From a virus, in the IMG/VR virus record IMGVR_UViG_2912445111_000002, positions 1,296 through 65,295 of that record: 64,000 nucleotides of DNA; one strand, written 5' to 3'. Below, one piece after another: positions 35,782 through 43,746 of the stretch. The notes beneath the pieces were generated by a model. The model ran no database searches, was not told the DNA's origin, and saw only the letters and a list, made by a program, of their open reading frames with translations. Every line of letters starts with the position of its first letter. Within the stretch, counting starts at the first letter, position 1. A program made the position numbers and the translations under genes.

Positions 35782-36032
35782 GAAAGCTCCGGTACGCAAG
35801 CCGGCGAATGGGTGCAAAGCCCGTATCCTATCGGGAACAGAATCTCGAAAATCGCAGTAAATCGCCTCTCTCGTATCTGTACGGGGACGAGGCGCTTCAC
35901 GCATGGCTTTGTGTTCGGCGCTTGGCAGATAGCCAAGAGGGCCAGCGAGGCCAGTCGTGAAGGTGAAATTAGCGACGCGCCTGGCGATAGCCACCTTCGG
36001 GTCACGCGGTCGCGAGAAAGTAGCTTTCTCCA
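35782..36032 (+). ncRNA. Candidate ~250-nt structured RNA with acceptor-like stem and NCCA end (element 2)
   Basis: GAAAGCT/AGCTTTC-T-CCA; nested helices and a 7-bp pseudoknot. Confidence 0.65.
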
Positions 36033-36038
36033 ATATTG

Positions 36039-36063
36039 AAGCCAGCCATTGTGCTGGCTTTTT
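36039..36063 (+). terminator. Intrinsic terminator closing the tRNA cluster
   Basis: AAGCCAGC-CATTGT-GCTGGCTTTTT. Confidence 0.85.
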
Positions 36064-36071
36064 GCGTTTAC

Positions 36072-36156
36072 GGCTTGGCTAGGGGGCACCCGAAGCCCGG
36101 ATCGCTCGTCCGGTCGCCAAAGCCGCCCTATCGAGCAGCCTTAGAGCGAGGCTGGC
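36072..36156 (+). promoter_or_regulatory. Three-way-junction/kissing-loop leader, copy A
   Basis: Same architecture as 38064-38149 with different, compensating stems. Confidence 0.6.
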
Positions 36157-36645
36157 ATGAAAGAAATCGCACTTCCCCGTGGACTGGTTGCGGTAGTGGA
36201 TGATGAGGATTTCGATCTACTCAATTCGTTCACATGGCACTTCACACTTGGATATGCAGTAAGGCATTTGGAGAGGCCCGGCTCCGGGGTATATAGAACT
36301 ACCGAGCGCATGCACCGGATGATCATGGGTGTGGGTCCCGGCACAATCGACAAACGCCAGGTTGATCACATCAACGGCAACAAACTTGATAATCGCAAAT
36401 CCAATTTAAGGGTTTGCACGAATGCAGAAAACGGCAGAAACCGCGGCGCTCAGAAAAATAACTCATCTGGATATAAGGGCGTTTGTTGGCATCCGCAAAG
36501 TGGCAAATGGCGGGCTCGAATCAAAGTTGATGGTCGACAAATCAGTTTGGGCTTGCATGCTTCAGCCGAAGCGGCACACAAGGCGTATGAGGTTGGCGCC
36601 AGAAAATTTCACGGCGAGTTTGCAAATGTCGGTGCGCAAGAGTAA
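36157..36645 (+). CDS. HNH-AP2 homing endonuclease
   Basis: VDHINGNKLDNRKSNLR; SSGYKGV.W...KWRARI...LG AP2 domain. Confidence 0.92.
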   Translation: MKEIALPRGLVAVVDDEDFDLLNSFTWHFTLGYAVRHLERPGSGVYRTTERMHRMIMGVGPGTIDKRQVDHINGNKLDNRKSNLRVCTNAENGRNRGAQKNNSSGYKGVCWHPQSGKWRARIKVDGRQISLGLHASAEAAHKAYEVGARKFHGEFANVGAQE

Positions 36646-36653
36646 GGCGCGAT

Positions 36654-36869
36654 ATGCCTAGGAAACCGAAAGTCATTTCGATCGTTGCGGAGCGCGTGCA
36701 AACATGCGAATCGTGCCGGCACCGTTTCGCCAAACACGATTATCAAGAATGCCGCCGGTATCCGCCCACGATCGTTCTTGATATGCAGGACGGTGGACAT
36801 TTCAGCGCCTTCCCGCTTGTGGGGATCGAAGAATTCTGTGGCGAATGGTCGCCGAAACTGAACAGTTGA
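36654..36869 (+). CDS. Small Cys-rich phage protein (CxxC...CRRYPP...FP...CGEW)
   Basis: Motif recognition. Confidence 0.7.
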   Translation: MPRKPKVISIVAERVQTCESCRHRFAKHDYQECRRYPPTIVLDMQDGGHFSAFPLVGIEEFCGEWSPKLNS

Positions 36870-36873
36870 CGCC

Positions 36874-38043
36874 ATGCCAATAGATCCGAAGCTGAAAGAC
36901 TGGGCAACGCCGCGCCAGGCCGAGATGATCGACGCGATCGAGAAGCATGGGTCGCAGCGTGCCGCAGCAAAGGCGCTCGGGATTGGGCATGGCACGATCG
37001 GCAATGCCATGGCGTCATTACAGGCTCGGGCGGCCAAGATGGGCTGGAGCCCGTCGCATGACATGGTTCACGTCGTACCGGACGGATTCCGAGTCAAGGG
37101 CGTTTCGACGTATTACGACGACGAGGGAAAGCCTCGCGGGCAATGGGTGAAGAGTCAGGTCGACCCGGCGAGGCAGGAAGAAATCCTGCGCGAAGCGTTG
37201 GCGGCGATGTGCGAGACTATTCCGCGCGTTCGCCCGCGCGAGGCCCCGGCACACGGCAATGCAGATCTGCTGAACTGCTACGTGGTCACGGACTTTCACC
37301 TGGGCGCACTCAGTTGGAAAGACGAGACCGGCGCAGATTGGGATCTGTCGATCGCCGAGAACATGATCATCCGATGGTTTGAGCAGGCGATTGCTCAGTC
37401 GCCGGACGCCGAGACTGCGGTATTTGCGCAAATCTCGGATTTCCTACATGCAGATGGGATCGAAGCCCTTACTCCGGCATCGAAACATTTGCTCGATGTG
37501 GATACACGGTTCGCCAAGGTAGTTCGCACGGCAATTCGCATCCTGCGCATCGTGATCGATATGCTGCTCGCAAAGCATAAGCGGGTGCATATCATCATGG
37601 CTGATGCGAATCACGATCCGGTGTCGCAAATTTGGTTGCGCGAGTGGTTCGCCGTGCTCTACGAGAACGAGCCGCGCATCACAGTCGACCGTAGCCCGTC
37701 ACCCTACAATGCGTATGAGTTCGGCAAGGTGGCGCTATTTGTGCACCACGGCCACAAGCGCAAGGTGACGAACGTATCGGAAGTCTTTGCGGCTCAGTTC
37801 CGCGAGATGTTCGGTCGTACCAAATACGCCTACGCCCATATGGGGCACCTTCATAGCATCGACGTGAAGGAAAACAACCTGATGGTTGTCGAGCAGCATC
37901 GCACGCTGGCCGCGCCGGATGCATATGCTGCGCGTGGCGGCTGGCTGTCTGGCCGGGATTACAAGGTGATCACATATCACCGCGAGTATGGCGAAGTCAG
38001 TCGCGTAACGATCAACAGCAATATGCTGATGCGGGCTGCGTAA
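36874..38043 (+). CDS. HTH plus calcineurin-like metallophosphoesterase
   Basis: GSQRAAAKALGI HTH; DFHLG, DFLH, NHD, HHGH, GHLH metal motifs. Confidence 0.8.
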   Translation: MPIDPKLKDWATPRQAEMIDAIEKHGSQRAAAKALGIGHGTIGNAMASLQARAAKMGWSPSHDMVHVVPDGFRVKGVSTYYDDEGKPRGQWVKSQVDPARQEEILREALAAMCETIPRVRPREAPAHGNADLLNCYVVTDFHLGALSWKDETGADWDLSIAENMIIRWFEQAIAQSPDAETAVFAQISDFLHADGIEALTPASKHLLDVDTRFAKVVRTAIRILRIVIDMLLAKHKRVHIIMADANHDPVSQIWLREWFAVLYENEPRITVDRSPSPYNAYEFGKVALFVHHGHKRKVTNVSEVFAAQFREMFGRTKYAYAHMGHLHSIDVKENNLMVVEQHRTLAAPDAYAARGGWLSGRDYKVITYHREYGEVSRVTINSNMLMRAA

Positions 38044-38063
38044 TTCGCGGTAGAATTGCTTTC

Positions 38064-38149
38064 GTGGAGCTAGGCCGGCCAGCCGAAAAGAGGGATGACT
38101 ACCCTCCTGCTCTACCCCCGAATAGTCAAACCTCTAGTCAAGGTTGAAA
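38064..38149 (+). promoter_or_regulatory. Three-way-junction/kissing-loop leader, copy B
   Basis: See copy A; preceded by TAGAAT at 38051. Confidence 0.6.
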
Positions 38150-38857
38150 ATGAACAATGACACAGGCGCGTACAAAATCACGTCGCCGTCTGGGAACTTC
38201 TATATTGGCTCAGCCGTTTCATTCGTGAAACGGTGGCGTCTCCATCTTTTGCATTTGCGAAGAGGAAGCCATCACAATAAGGCGCTACAACGTGCTTTCG
38301 ATAAGTATGGTGAGTCAGGACTGACTTTCGAAAAGATTGCATTGTGCCCTATTACAGATCTTTTGGTTGTTGAGCAGCAATTTATTGATCGCTTAAATCC
38401 CAAATACAACATTTGCCGTGTTGCTGGAAGTGTTTTGGGAATGAAGCGGGCACCATTCTCGGATTCGCATAGGGCGGCCATGTCCGCGAGCCGGAAAGGG
38501 AAAAAGTTACCGCCATTAAGTGCTGAAGCGCGAGCCAAGATATCCGCCGCGCGACGTGGAATGAAATTCACGCCAGAGCATCGGGAGGCATGCCGAGTCT
38601 GGCAGATCGGAAAGACGATCAATGATGCCCAGCGCACGGCGCTCATGGCATTGGCTGTCAGCCGCCAGCGTCGCGTTCGATGCATCGAGTCGGGGATGGA
38701 GTTCGAGTCCGTTCATGCAGCCAAACGATGGCTGCACGAGAATGGCCATCCGCGTGCCGACAATGGATCTATTTCGCGATGCTGTAAGGGTCGTCTCAAG
38801 CGGGTCTACGGCTACACATGGGAGTTCGTCATGCCTGATATGCTGGAGGCAGCATGA
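38150..38857 (+). CDS. GIY-YIG homing endonuclease with NUMOD3/NUMOD1-like repeats
   Basis: GAYKI...FYIGSA...RW..H...HN..LQ...EQ...YN. Confidence 0.9.
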   Translation: MNNDTGAYKITSPSGNFYIGSAVSFVKRWRLHLLHLRRGSHHNKALQRAFDKYGESGLTFEKIALCPITDLLVVEQQFIDRLNPKYNICRVAGSVLGMKRAPFSDSHRAAMSASRKGKKLPPLSAEARAKISAARRGMKFTPEHREACRVWQIGKTINDAQRTALMALAVSRQRRVRCIESGMEFESVHAAKRWLHENGHPRADNGSISRCCKGRLKRVYGYTWEFVMPDMLEAA

Positions 38858-39036
38858 AAGTCGCTTTCTCCGACCGCCTCCGCGCCCTGCTCTCAGATCC
38901 CGAGGCCGAACGCCAGCTTCAATCGTGGATGGCAACCGGCAAGCCGGAATTCATCACGATCAAGCAAGACGGCGACGAGATCACGGTTCGACCGCAGTAC
39001 GTGAAATCACTCCTTACTGCCCTGCCGCATCACTAA
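38854..39036 (+). CDS. Hypothetical protein
   Basis: ATGA overlap, GGAGG RBS. Confidence 0.6.
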   Translation: MKVAFSDRLRALLSDPEAERQLQSWMATGKPEFITIKQDGDEITVRPQYVKSLLTALPHH

Positions 39037-39129
39037 ACGATCTTCGCCGCCCCGCCTGCTCAGGCGTCACGGGGCGCACGTCGCGCAACGCGGCACGCCG
39101 GGTGACCGGCACTTATTCGCTTGGCTCGC

Positions 39130-39828
39130 ATGATCGATCTGAACATCCGCGGCGACATAAAGCAGCTTGAGCGCGCGTTTGCTGGAGTGGCAGAGAAGCA
39201 ATTGCGATTCGGCGCTTCACAGGCAATCAACAGCCTCGCGAAGATGGTGAAAGGCGCCGAGCGAGACAATATGTCGAGGGTGTTGGACAAGCCGACACCC
39301 TTCACGCTGAACTCGGTCGCAGTGAAGGGATCGACTAAGGCGACGCTGACCGCGACGGTCTATGTGAAGGACATCGCTGCATCGTACCTTCTTCCCTTTG
39401 AGGAAGGTGGTAGTCACAAGATGATTGGCCGCGGCAAGACCTGGCTGAACCCGAAAGACAAAGCTCTGCTGCTCAACCAATACGGCAATCTGCCGAAAAC
39501 GAAGCTTGCCGCGCTGAAAGATCGGCCCGACATGTTCGTCGGCACGGTGAAGACGAAAGACGGGCAGCAGATCGATGGGTTATGGCAGTGGCCCACCAAA
39601 CGAGGTGCGGTGCTGCGAAGCAAGAAGGGGCGCGTGTTCAAGAAAGGCGCCAACGTCATACCGGAGGGCGAGAAGCGCGGGCATCTCAAGTTGCTGATGC
39701 GCTTTGGCGATCCGATGCCGGTTCGACAGAAGCTTGGTTATCGCGAGATAGCTGCGCAGATCGTGCGCGCCAATCTGAAGAAGGCGTTCGAAGAGGCGAT
39801 GGCTAAGGCGATTGCGACGGCGAGGTGA
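39130..39828 (+). CDS. Phage neck/minor-tail-like protein
   Basis: KQLRFGASQAINSLA...LDKPTPFTLNS family motif. Confidence 0.65.
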   Translation: MIDLNIRGDIKQLERAFAGVAEKQLRFGASQAINSLAKMVKGAERDNMSRVLDKPTPFTLNSVAVKGSTKATLTATVYVKDIAASYLLPFEEGGSHKMIGRGKTWLNPKDKALLLNQYGNLPKTKLAALKDRPDMFVGTVKTKDGQQIDGLWQWPTKRGAVLRSKKGRVFKKGANVIPEGEKRGHLKLLMRFGDPMPVRQKLGYREIAAQIVRANLKKAFEEAMAKAIATAR

Positions 39829-39834
39829 AATGCA

Positions 39835-39937
39835 TTGTGCGGGGTAAACCCGATAGATAGAATAGCGAAGGCCGGTAGGTGCGCTAACACCTGACCGGCC
39901 TTCTAACCCCCATCACCTGTACGAGAGGCAATGATGG
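39835..39937 (+). promoter_or_regulatory. Sigma70 promoter (TTGTGC-N17-TAGAAT) and hairpin leader occluding the RBS/start
   Basis: Hexamers at 39835 and 39858; hairpin 39868-39902; CCATCA/TGATGG pairing over the start. Confidence 0.5.
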
Positions 39938-40719
39938 CTGAGTCCGATTATACGCCCGCCGAAGGGCGCAAGACATGCAATCGCTGCGGTGAGTCGAAGG
40001 CTTTGCCGCACTTCTGTCTAGACAAGCGACGCGGGACGTATCGGACCACGTGCAAGGCTTGCTTCTTGGCGAATCCTGCGCCGAATAGTGGCAAGCGGAC
40101 GGCAGAGCAGCGCGCGGCATACCGCAGAAAGACGGGCAAGGTAACGGTCGAATATGTGCCGCAGGCTGTAACACTCGCGCTGGCCGCAGAAAAGCGAGCC
40201 GCTCGGCATGATGCGCACGTAAGGGCTTGGCGCGCCGCAGTGGCACTCCGGAGGCATTGGAACAATCGGCGGGCGCATGCGGAGAGTTTGCATGACTCGC
40301 ACGTGAGAGTGTTCCGTAATGGGGCGTATAACTGGCGCGCTCGCTATAAGACCGATCCCGAGTTCGCCTTGAAAGAGCGGCTTCGCACGCAGGCGCGCAA
40401 GAAAGCAAAGCTGCATCCGAAGCTTGACGACTTGATGCGTGATGCGATCAACCGGAATGGCAATAGCATGACGGTCGCCGATGTATGCGGCTACACCATC
40501 AAGGAGTTGCGTGTGCACATCGAGCGACAGTTCAAAGGCGGGATGGATTGGAACGCATTCATGCGTGGCGACATCCACATAGATCACATCAGGCCGCAGC
40601 GTCTGTTCGATCTCTCGAACATCGATGGGGTGCGCGCGTGCTGGTCGCTGTCGAACCTGCGCCCGCTCTGGGCTGTGGACAACCTGACGAAGGGCGGCAA
40701 GGCAGATGCCCCGCTGTAA
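39931..40719 (+). CDS. HNH-like endonuclease with N-terminal zinc finger
   Basis: CNRC...CKAC; IHIDHIRP...CWSLSNLRPLWAVDNLTKG. Confidence 0.8.
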   Translation: MMAESDYTPAEGRKTCNRCGESKALPHFCLDKRRGTYRTTCKACFLANPAPNSGKRTAEQRAAYRRKTGKVTVEYVPQAVTLALAAEKRAARHDAHVRAWRAAVALRRHWNNRRAHAESLHDSHVRVFRNGAYNWRARYKTDPEFALKERLRTQARKKAKLHPKLDDLMRDAINRNGNSMTVADVCGYTIKELRVHIERQFKGGMDWNAFMRGDIHIDHIRPQRLFDLSNIDGVRACWSLSNLRPLWAVDNLTKGGKADAPL

Positions 40720-40729
40720 TAAAACCGCA

Positions 40730-40777
40730 AGGTACTTCCCGGCGACTTTAAACATCGCGGGCACTGCGCGCCGCGAT
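40730..40777 (+). other. Predicted lambda-type cos site (cosQ-like AGGTACT; 12-nt GGCACTGCGCGC at 40760-40771)
   Basis: 7+17+6 spacing as in lambda; ATCGCG/CGCGAT symmetric flanks; directly upstream of the small terminase. Confidence 0.65.
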
Positions 40778-40803
40778 CTTTTCCCAGCGACGAGTTCTAA
40801 AAA

Positions 40804-41412
40804 GTGTCCGCACTCAACGTTACCCAGCGCGAGTTCGCGAAGCTCGCCGGCTGCGATGAGAAGCAAGTTCGTCGCGCTGTCGCTTCCGGCAAACTCAAGC
40901 CAGACGCGGACGGCAAGCTAGACCCCGCCCTTGTTTCCTCTGGCTGGCGCAGGCCAATAAGATCGAGCAAGGCGGTTGCGGACAGTGCGGACATTTCGAA
41001 AGTGTCCGCAAAGAATGTCCGCAGTGAAACTGTCCGCACCGATCCCGGCGTCGATGCCGACGATTCGCCGGCCGAAGCCGCGGCAAAGCTCGTCATGGCG
41101 ATGGGCGCCACGCACGATCTGGCCGAAGCGATTCGGATCAAAGAGAACTTCAACGCGCTGCTCAAGCAGATCGAGTACGAGCAGAAATCTGGCTCAGTCG
41201 TCGACCTTGCCATTGCCCGAACTGTGCTTTTCGATTGCGCCCGCGCGGCGCGAGATTCCTGGATGAATTGGCCGATGCGAGTCGGTCCCAAAATTGCCGC
41301 CGACTTGGGGTTGGAGGCTGATCGAGTAACCGAGGTCTTGCTTGCGCATGTCCATACCCAAATCGCTGACCTCGGCGAACCCGATGACAACTTTGCTGAC
41401 CGACAAGGCTAG
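40804..41412 (+). CDS. Terminase small subunit
   Basis: N-terminal TQREFAKLAGCD wHTH; upstream of GpA. Confidence 0.85.
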   Translation: MSALNVTQREFAKLAGCDEKQVRRAVASGKLKPDADGKLDPALVSSGWRRPIRSSKAVADSADISKVSAKNVRSETVRTDPGVDADDSPAEAAAKLVMAMGATHDLAEAIRIKENFNALLKQIEYEQKSGSVVDLAIARTVLFDCARAARDSWMNWPMRVGPKIAADLGLEADRVTEVLLAHVHTQIADLGEPDDNFADRQG

Positions 41413-43474
41413 CCAACTCGCTCGAGACTTTCGCCGCGGCTGGACTCCTCCTCCGCGCATCAGCATTCCCGAATGGGCAGACCGGTATCGCAAGCTTGCC
41501 AAGGAAGCCGGCAGCACGTCGGGCAATTGGCGCACCTCCACTGTTGAGGCGGCACGCGGTCCGATGATGGCCGTCACGGAACCGGGCATCCACGTCATCA
41601 CCGTCATGGTGAGTACGCAGATGCTCAAGACGGCATTGCTCGAGAATATCTTCGGGTACTTCGCGCATCTGGACGCCTGCCCCATTCTGCTGATTCAGCC
41701 GAAGGACGAGGCGGCTGAGCAGTTCAGCAAGGAACGAATCGCCCCGTTGATCCGCAGCACTCCGGTCCTGCGTCAGATCATGGGCGCGAGCAAATCCCGC
41801 AACAGCGACGACACGCTGGGCTACAAGGCATTTCCCGGCGGGTTCCTGGCGCTGGTGAGTGCGGGCAGCCCGGACAACCTCGCGCGCCGACCGATCCGCG
41901 TGATCCTCGCCGACGAGATCGACAAATACCCTCCCCTGAAAGAAGGTGATTCGATCTTCATTGCCGAGGAGCGCACTGCGTCGTTCGGCGTGAACTGGCT
42001 ATCTGTTCGCGCCTGCTCGCCGACCTATTCGGGTGAGAGCCGGATTGAGAAGAGTTACAACGATTCGGACCAGCGACGAGCATCGATCGCCTGCCCGCAT
42101 TGCGGACATCGCCAGTTCCTGGACTTCTTCAAGCACGTCCACTGGGACAAGGACAAGGACGCGCAGGGAAACACGCTCGCGCACCGTCCGAAAACTGCGC
42201 GCATCGTGTGCGAATGCTGCGGGGCTGCGTGGTCAGAAGGCGATCGCCTGCATGCACTCAGCACAACGCGCTGGCATCAGACGCGGCCATTCGAATGCTG
42301 CGGGCATCGCCATGTCCCGCTAACCGATTACGACATCGCCTGGCAGGAACAAGACGAAGGCTCGGTCGATAAAGTTTGGAGCTGGTCGGAAAGTGATCGG
42401 CATGCCGTCTATTACGTCCATTGCCCGATTTGCGGTAAGCGCGGAATTGAGGGCGAGCACGCCGGATTTCAGGCGTCGAAGCTCTACAGTCCGTGGAGCA
42501 AGGACAAACCGTCTGATATCGCGGGAAAGTGGATCGCCGCACAGGGCGATGAAGAACAGTTGCAAGCGTGGTGGAACACGCAGATGGGCTTGCCGTACCG
42601 GCGCCACGTTGGTAAGGGTCTGAGCCCGGATGGCTTGCTCGCGCGCTGCGAGGTGTGGCCGTCCGAGGTTCCATATGGCGTTGGCGCGGTCACGGTTGGC
42701 GCCGACGTACAGCCAACTCGCGTGGAACTTGAAACGGTAGGCTGGGGACGCAATGAGGAATCCTGGTCACTCGATCATCATGTGATCGAAGGCGATCCCG
42801 AAACTCCTCAAGTGTGGGAGCGCGTCGACCAATATCTCAAGCGCATCTGGCGCCGCGCCGACGGCATGCCTTTCGAGGTCATGGCGGCCTGCATCGACTC
42901 TGGCGGCCACAACACCCAGAAGGTTTATGAGTTCGCCAAGGCCCGTTTGGGGCGGCGCATCTGGGCGATAAAGGGTTTGTCGGAGCGTAGCGGTGCGCGT
43001 GCTCCGATTTGGCCGACAAAGCGCCCGAGCAGCCGCAACAAGTCGTCATTTCGGCCGGTCGGCATCGGCACGAACGCAGCCAAGGACGTCATCTATGCGC
43101 GCCTGCGATACGAAGAGCCGGGGCCGGGCTATATGCACTTCCCGGCTGATCGTGACATCGGCTACTTCGCGCAGATGACCGCCGAAGTCTCAGTCATGAA
43201 GACATCGGGCGGCCATCGGTATCGAGTATGGGAACTGCCGAACGGCAAAGCCAACGAAGCGCTCGACTGTCGGGTGTACGCCTATGCCGCGCTTTGCGGT
43301 CTGATGCACTTCGGATTCAAGCTCAATAAGCGAGTTGACGACGTTGCGCCCTTGCAAAAGTACGAGGTGGTGATCGCCGAAGATCCGGCCGAATCGGGGC
43401 CCGCGCGTATCGATGGACCAGCCATCAGGACGCAGACCGCTACTAAAAAATCAATCGCGAGCAAGCTCGCCTAA
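41384..43474 (+). CDS. Terminase large subunit, lambda GpA family
   Basis: IPEWADRYR, QMLKT, DEIDKY, SPT, IDSGG, NEALDC. Confidence 0.93.
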   Translation: MTTLLTDKASQLARDFRRGWTPPPRISIPEWADRYRKLAKEAGSTSGNWRTSTVEAARGPMMAVTEPGIHVITVMVSTQMLKTALLENIFGYFAHLDACPILLIQPKDEAAEQFSKERIAPLIRSTPVLRQIMGASKSRNSDDTLGYKAFPGGFLALVSAGSPDNLARRPIRVILADEIDKYPPLKEGDSIFIAEERTASFGVNWLSVRACSPTYSGESRIEKSYNDSDQRRASIACPHCGHRQFLDFFKHVHWDKDKDAQGNTLAHRPKTARIVCECCGAAWSEGDRLHALSTTRWHQTRPFECCGHRHVPLTDYDIAWQEQDEGSVDKVWSWSESDRHAVYYVHCPICGKRGIEGEHAGFQASKLYSPWSKDKPSDIAGKWIAAQGDEEQLQAWWNTQMGLPYRRHVGKGLSPDGLLARCEVWPSEVPYGVGAVTVGADVQPTRVELETVGWGRNEESWSLDHHVIEGDPETPQVWERVDQYLKRIWRRADGMPFEVMAACIDSGGHNTQKVYEFAKARLGRRIWAIKGLSERSGARAPIWPTKRPSSRNKSSFRPVGIGTNAAKDVIYARLRYEEPGPGYMHFPADRDIGYFAQMTAEVSVMKTSGGHRYRVWELPNGKANEALDCRVYAYAALCGLMHFGFKLNKRVDDVAPLQKYEVVIAEDPAESGPARIDGPAIRTQTATKKSIASKLA

Positions 43475-43482
43475 GGACTGTC

Positions 43483-43746
43483 GTGCGCTACAACCCGAAT
43501 CTCAGTGTCCTCGCCGGGATGACGCAAACGCAGTTACAGGCGGCACTCGCGGCGGCCCAGCAAGCCTATACCGATTTGATGACCGGCCAGAAGGTTGTTG
43601 ACGTCAGTTATGCGCAGGGCGATGGAAATAAGCATGTTCGATTCACTGAGGCGAACGTCCAAAACCTAGTCGCCTTCATTTCCGAAATTCGCACTCAGCT
43701 TGGTTTGCAACACCGGGCTCGCCGCCCGATCACATTCCGCTACTGA
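43483..43746 (+). CDS. gpW-like head-tail joining protein
   Basis: AYTDLMTGQKVV...RRPI; between terminase and portal. Confidence 0.8.
   Translation: MRYNPNLSVLAGMTQTQLQAALAAAQQAYTDLMTGQKVVDVSYAQGDGNKHVRFTEANVQNLVAFISEIRTQLGLQHRARRPITFRY

Noticed and set aside
35768..35814. GGCGAATGGG resembles the HDV/theta ribozyme J4/2-P2 end just after a tRNA
   Set aside because: No P1 partner or HDV-type L3 could be built; ATGGG pairs locally with CCCGT
35782..36032. tmRNA or intron-containing tRNA as the identity of element 2
   Set aside because: No G3-U70 pair, no UUCRA T-loop, and no recognisable group I R/S elements
34827..36089. ORF-track ORFs across the tRNA cluster
   Set aside because: They overlap clear cloverleaf tRNAs and have non-protein-like composition
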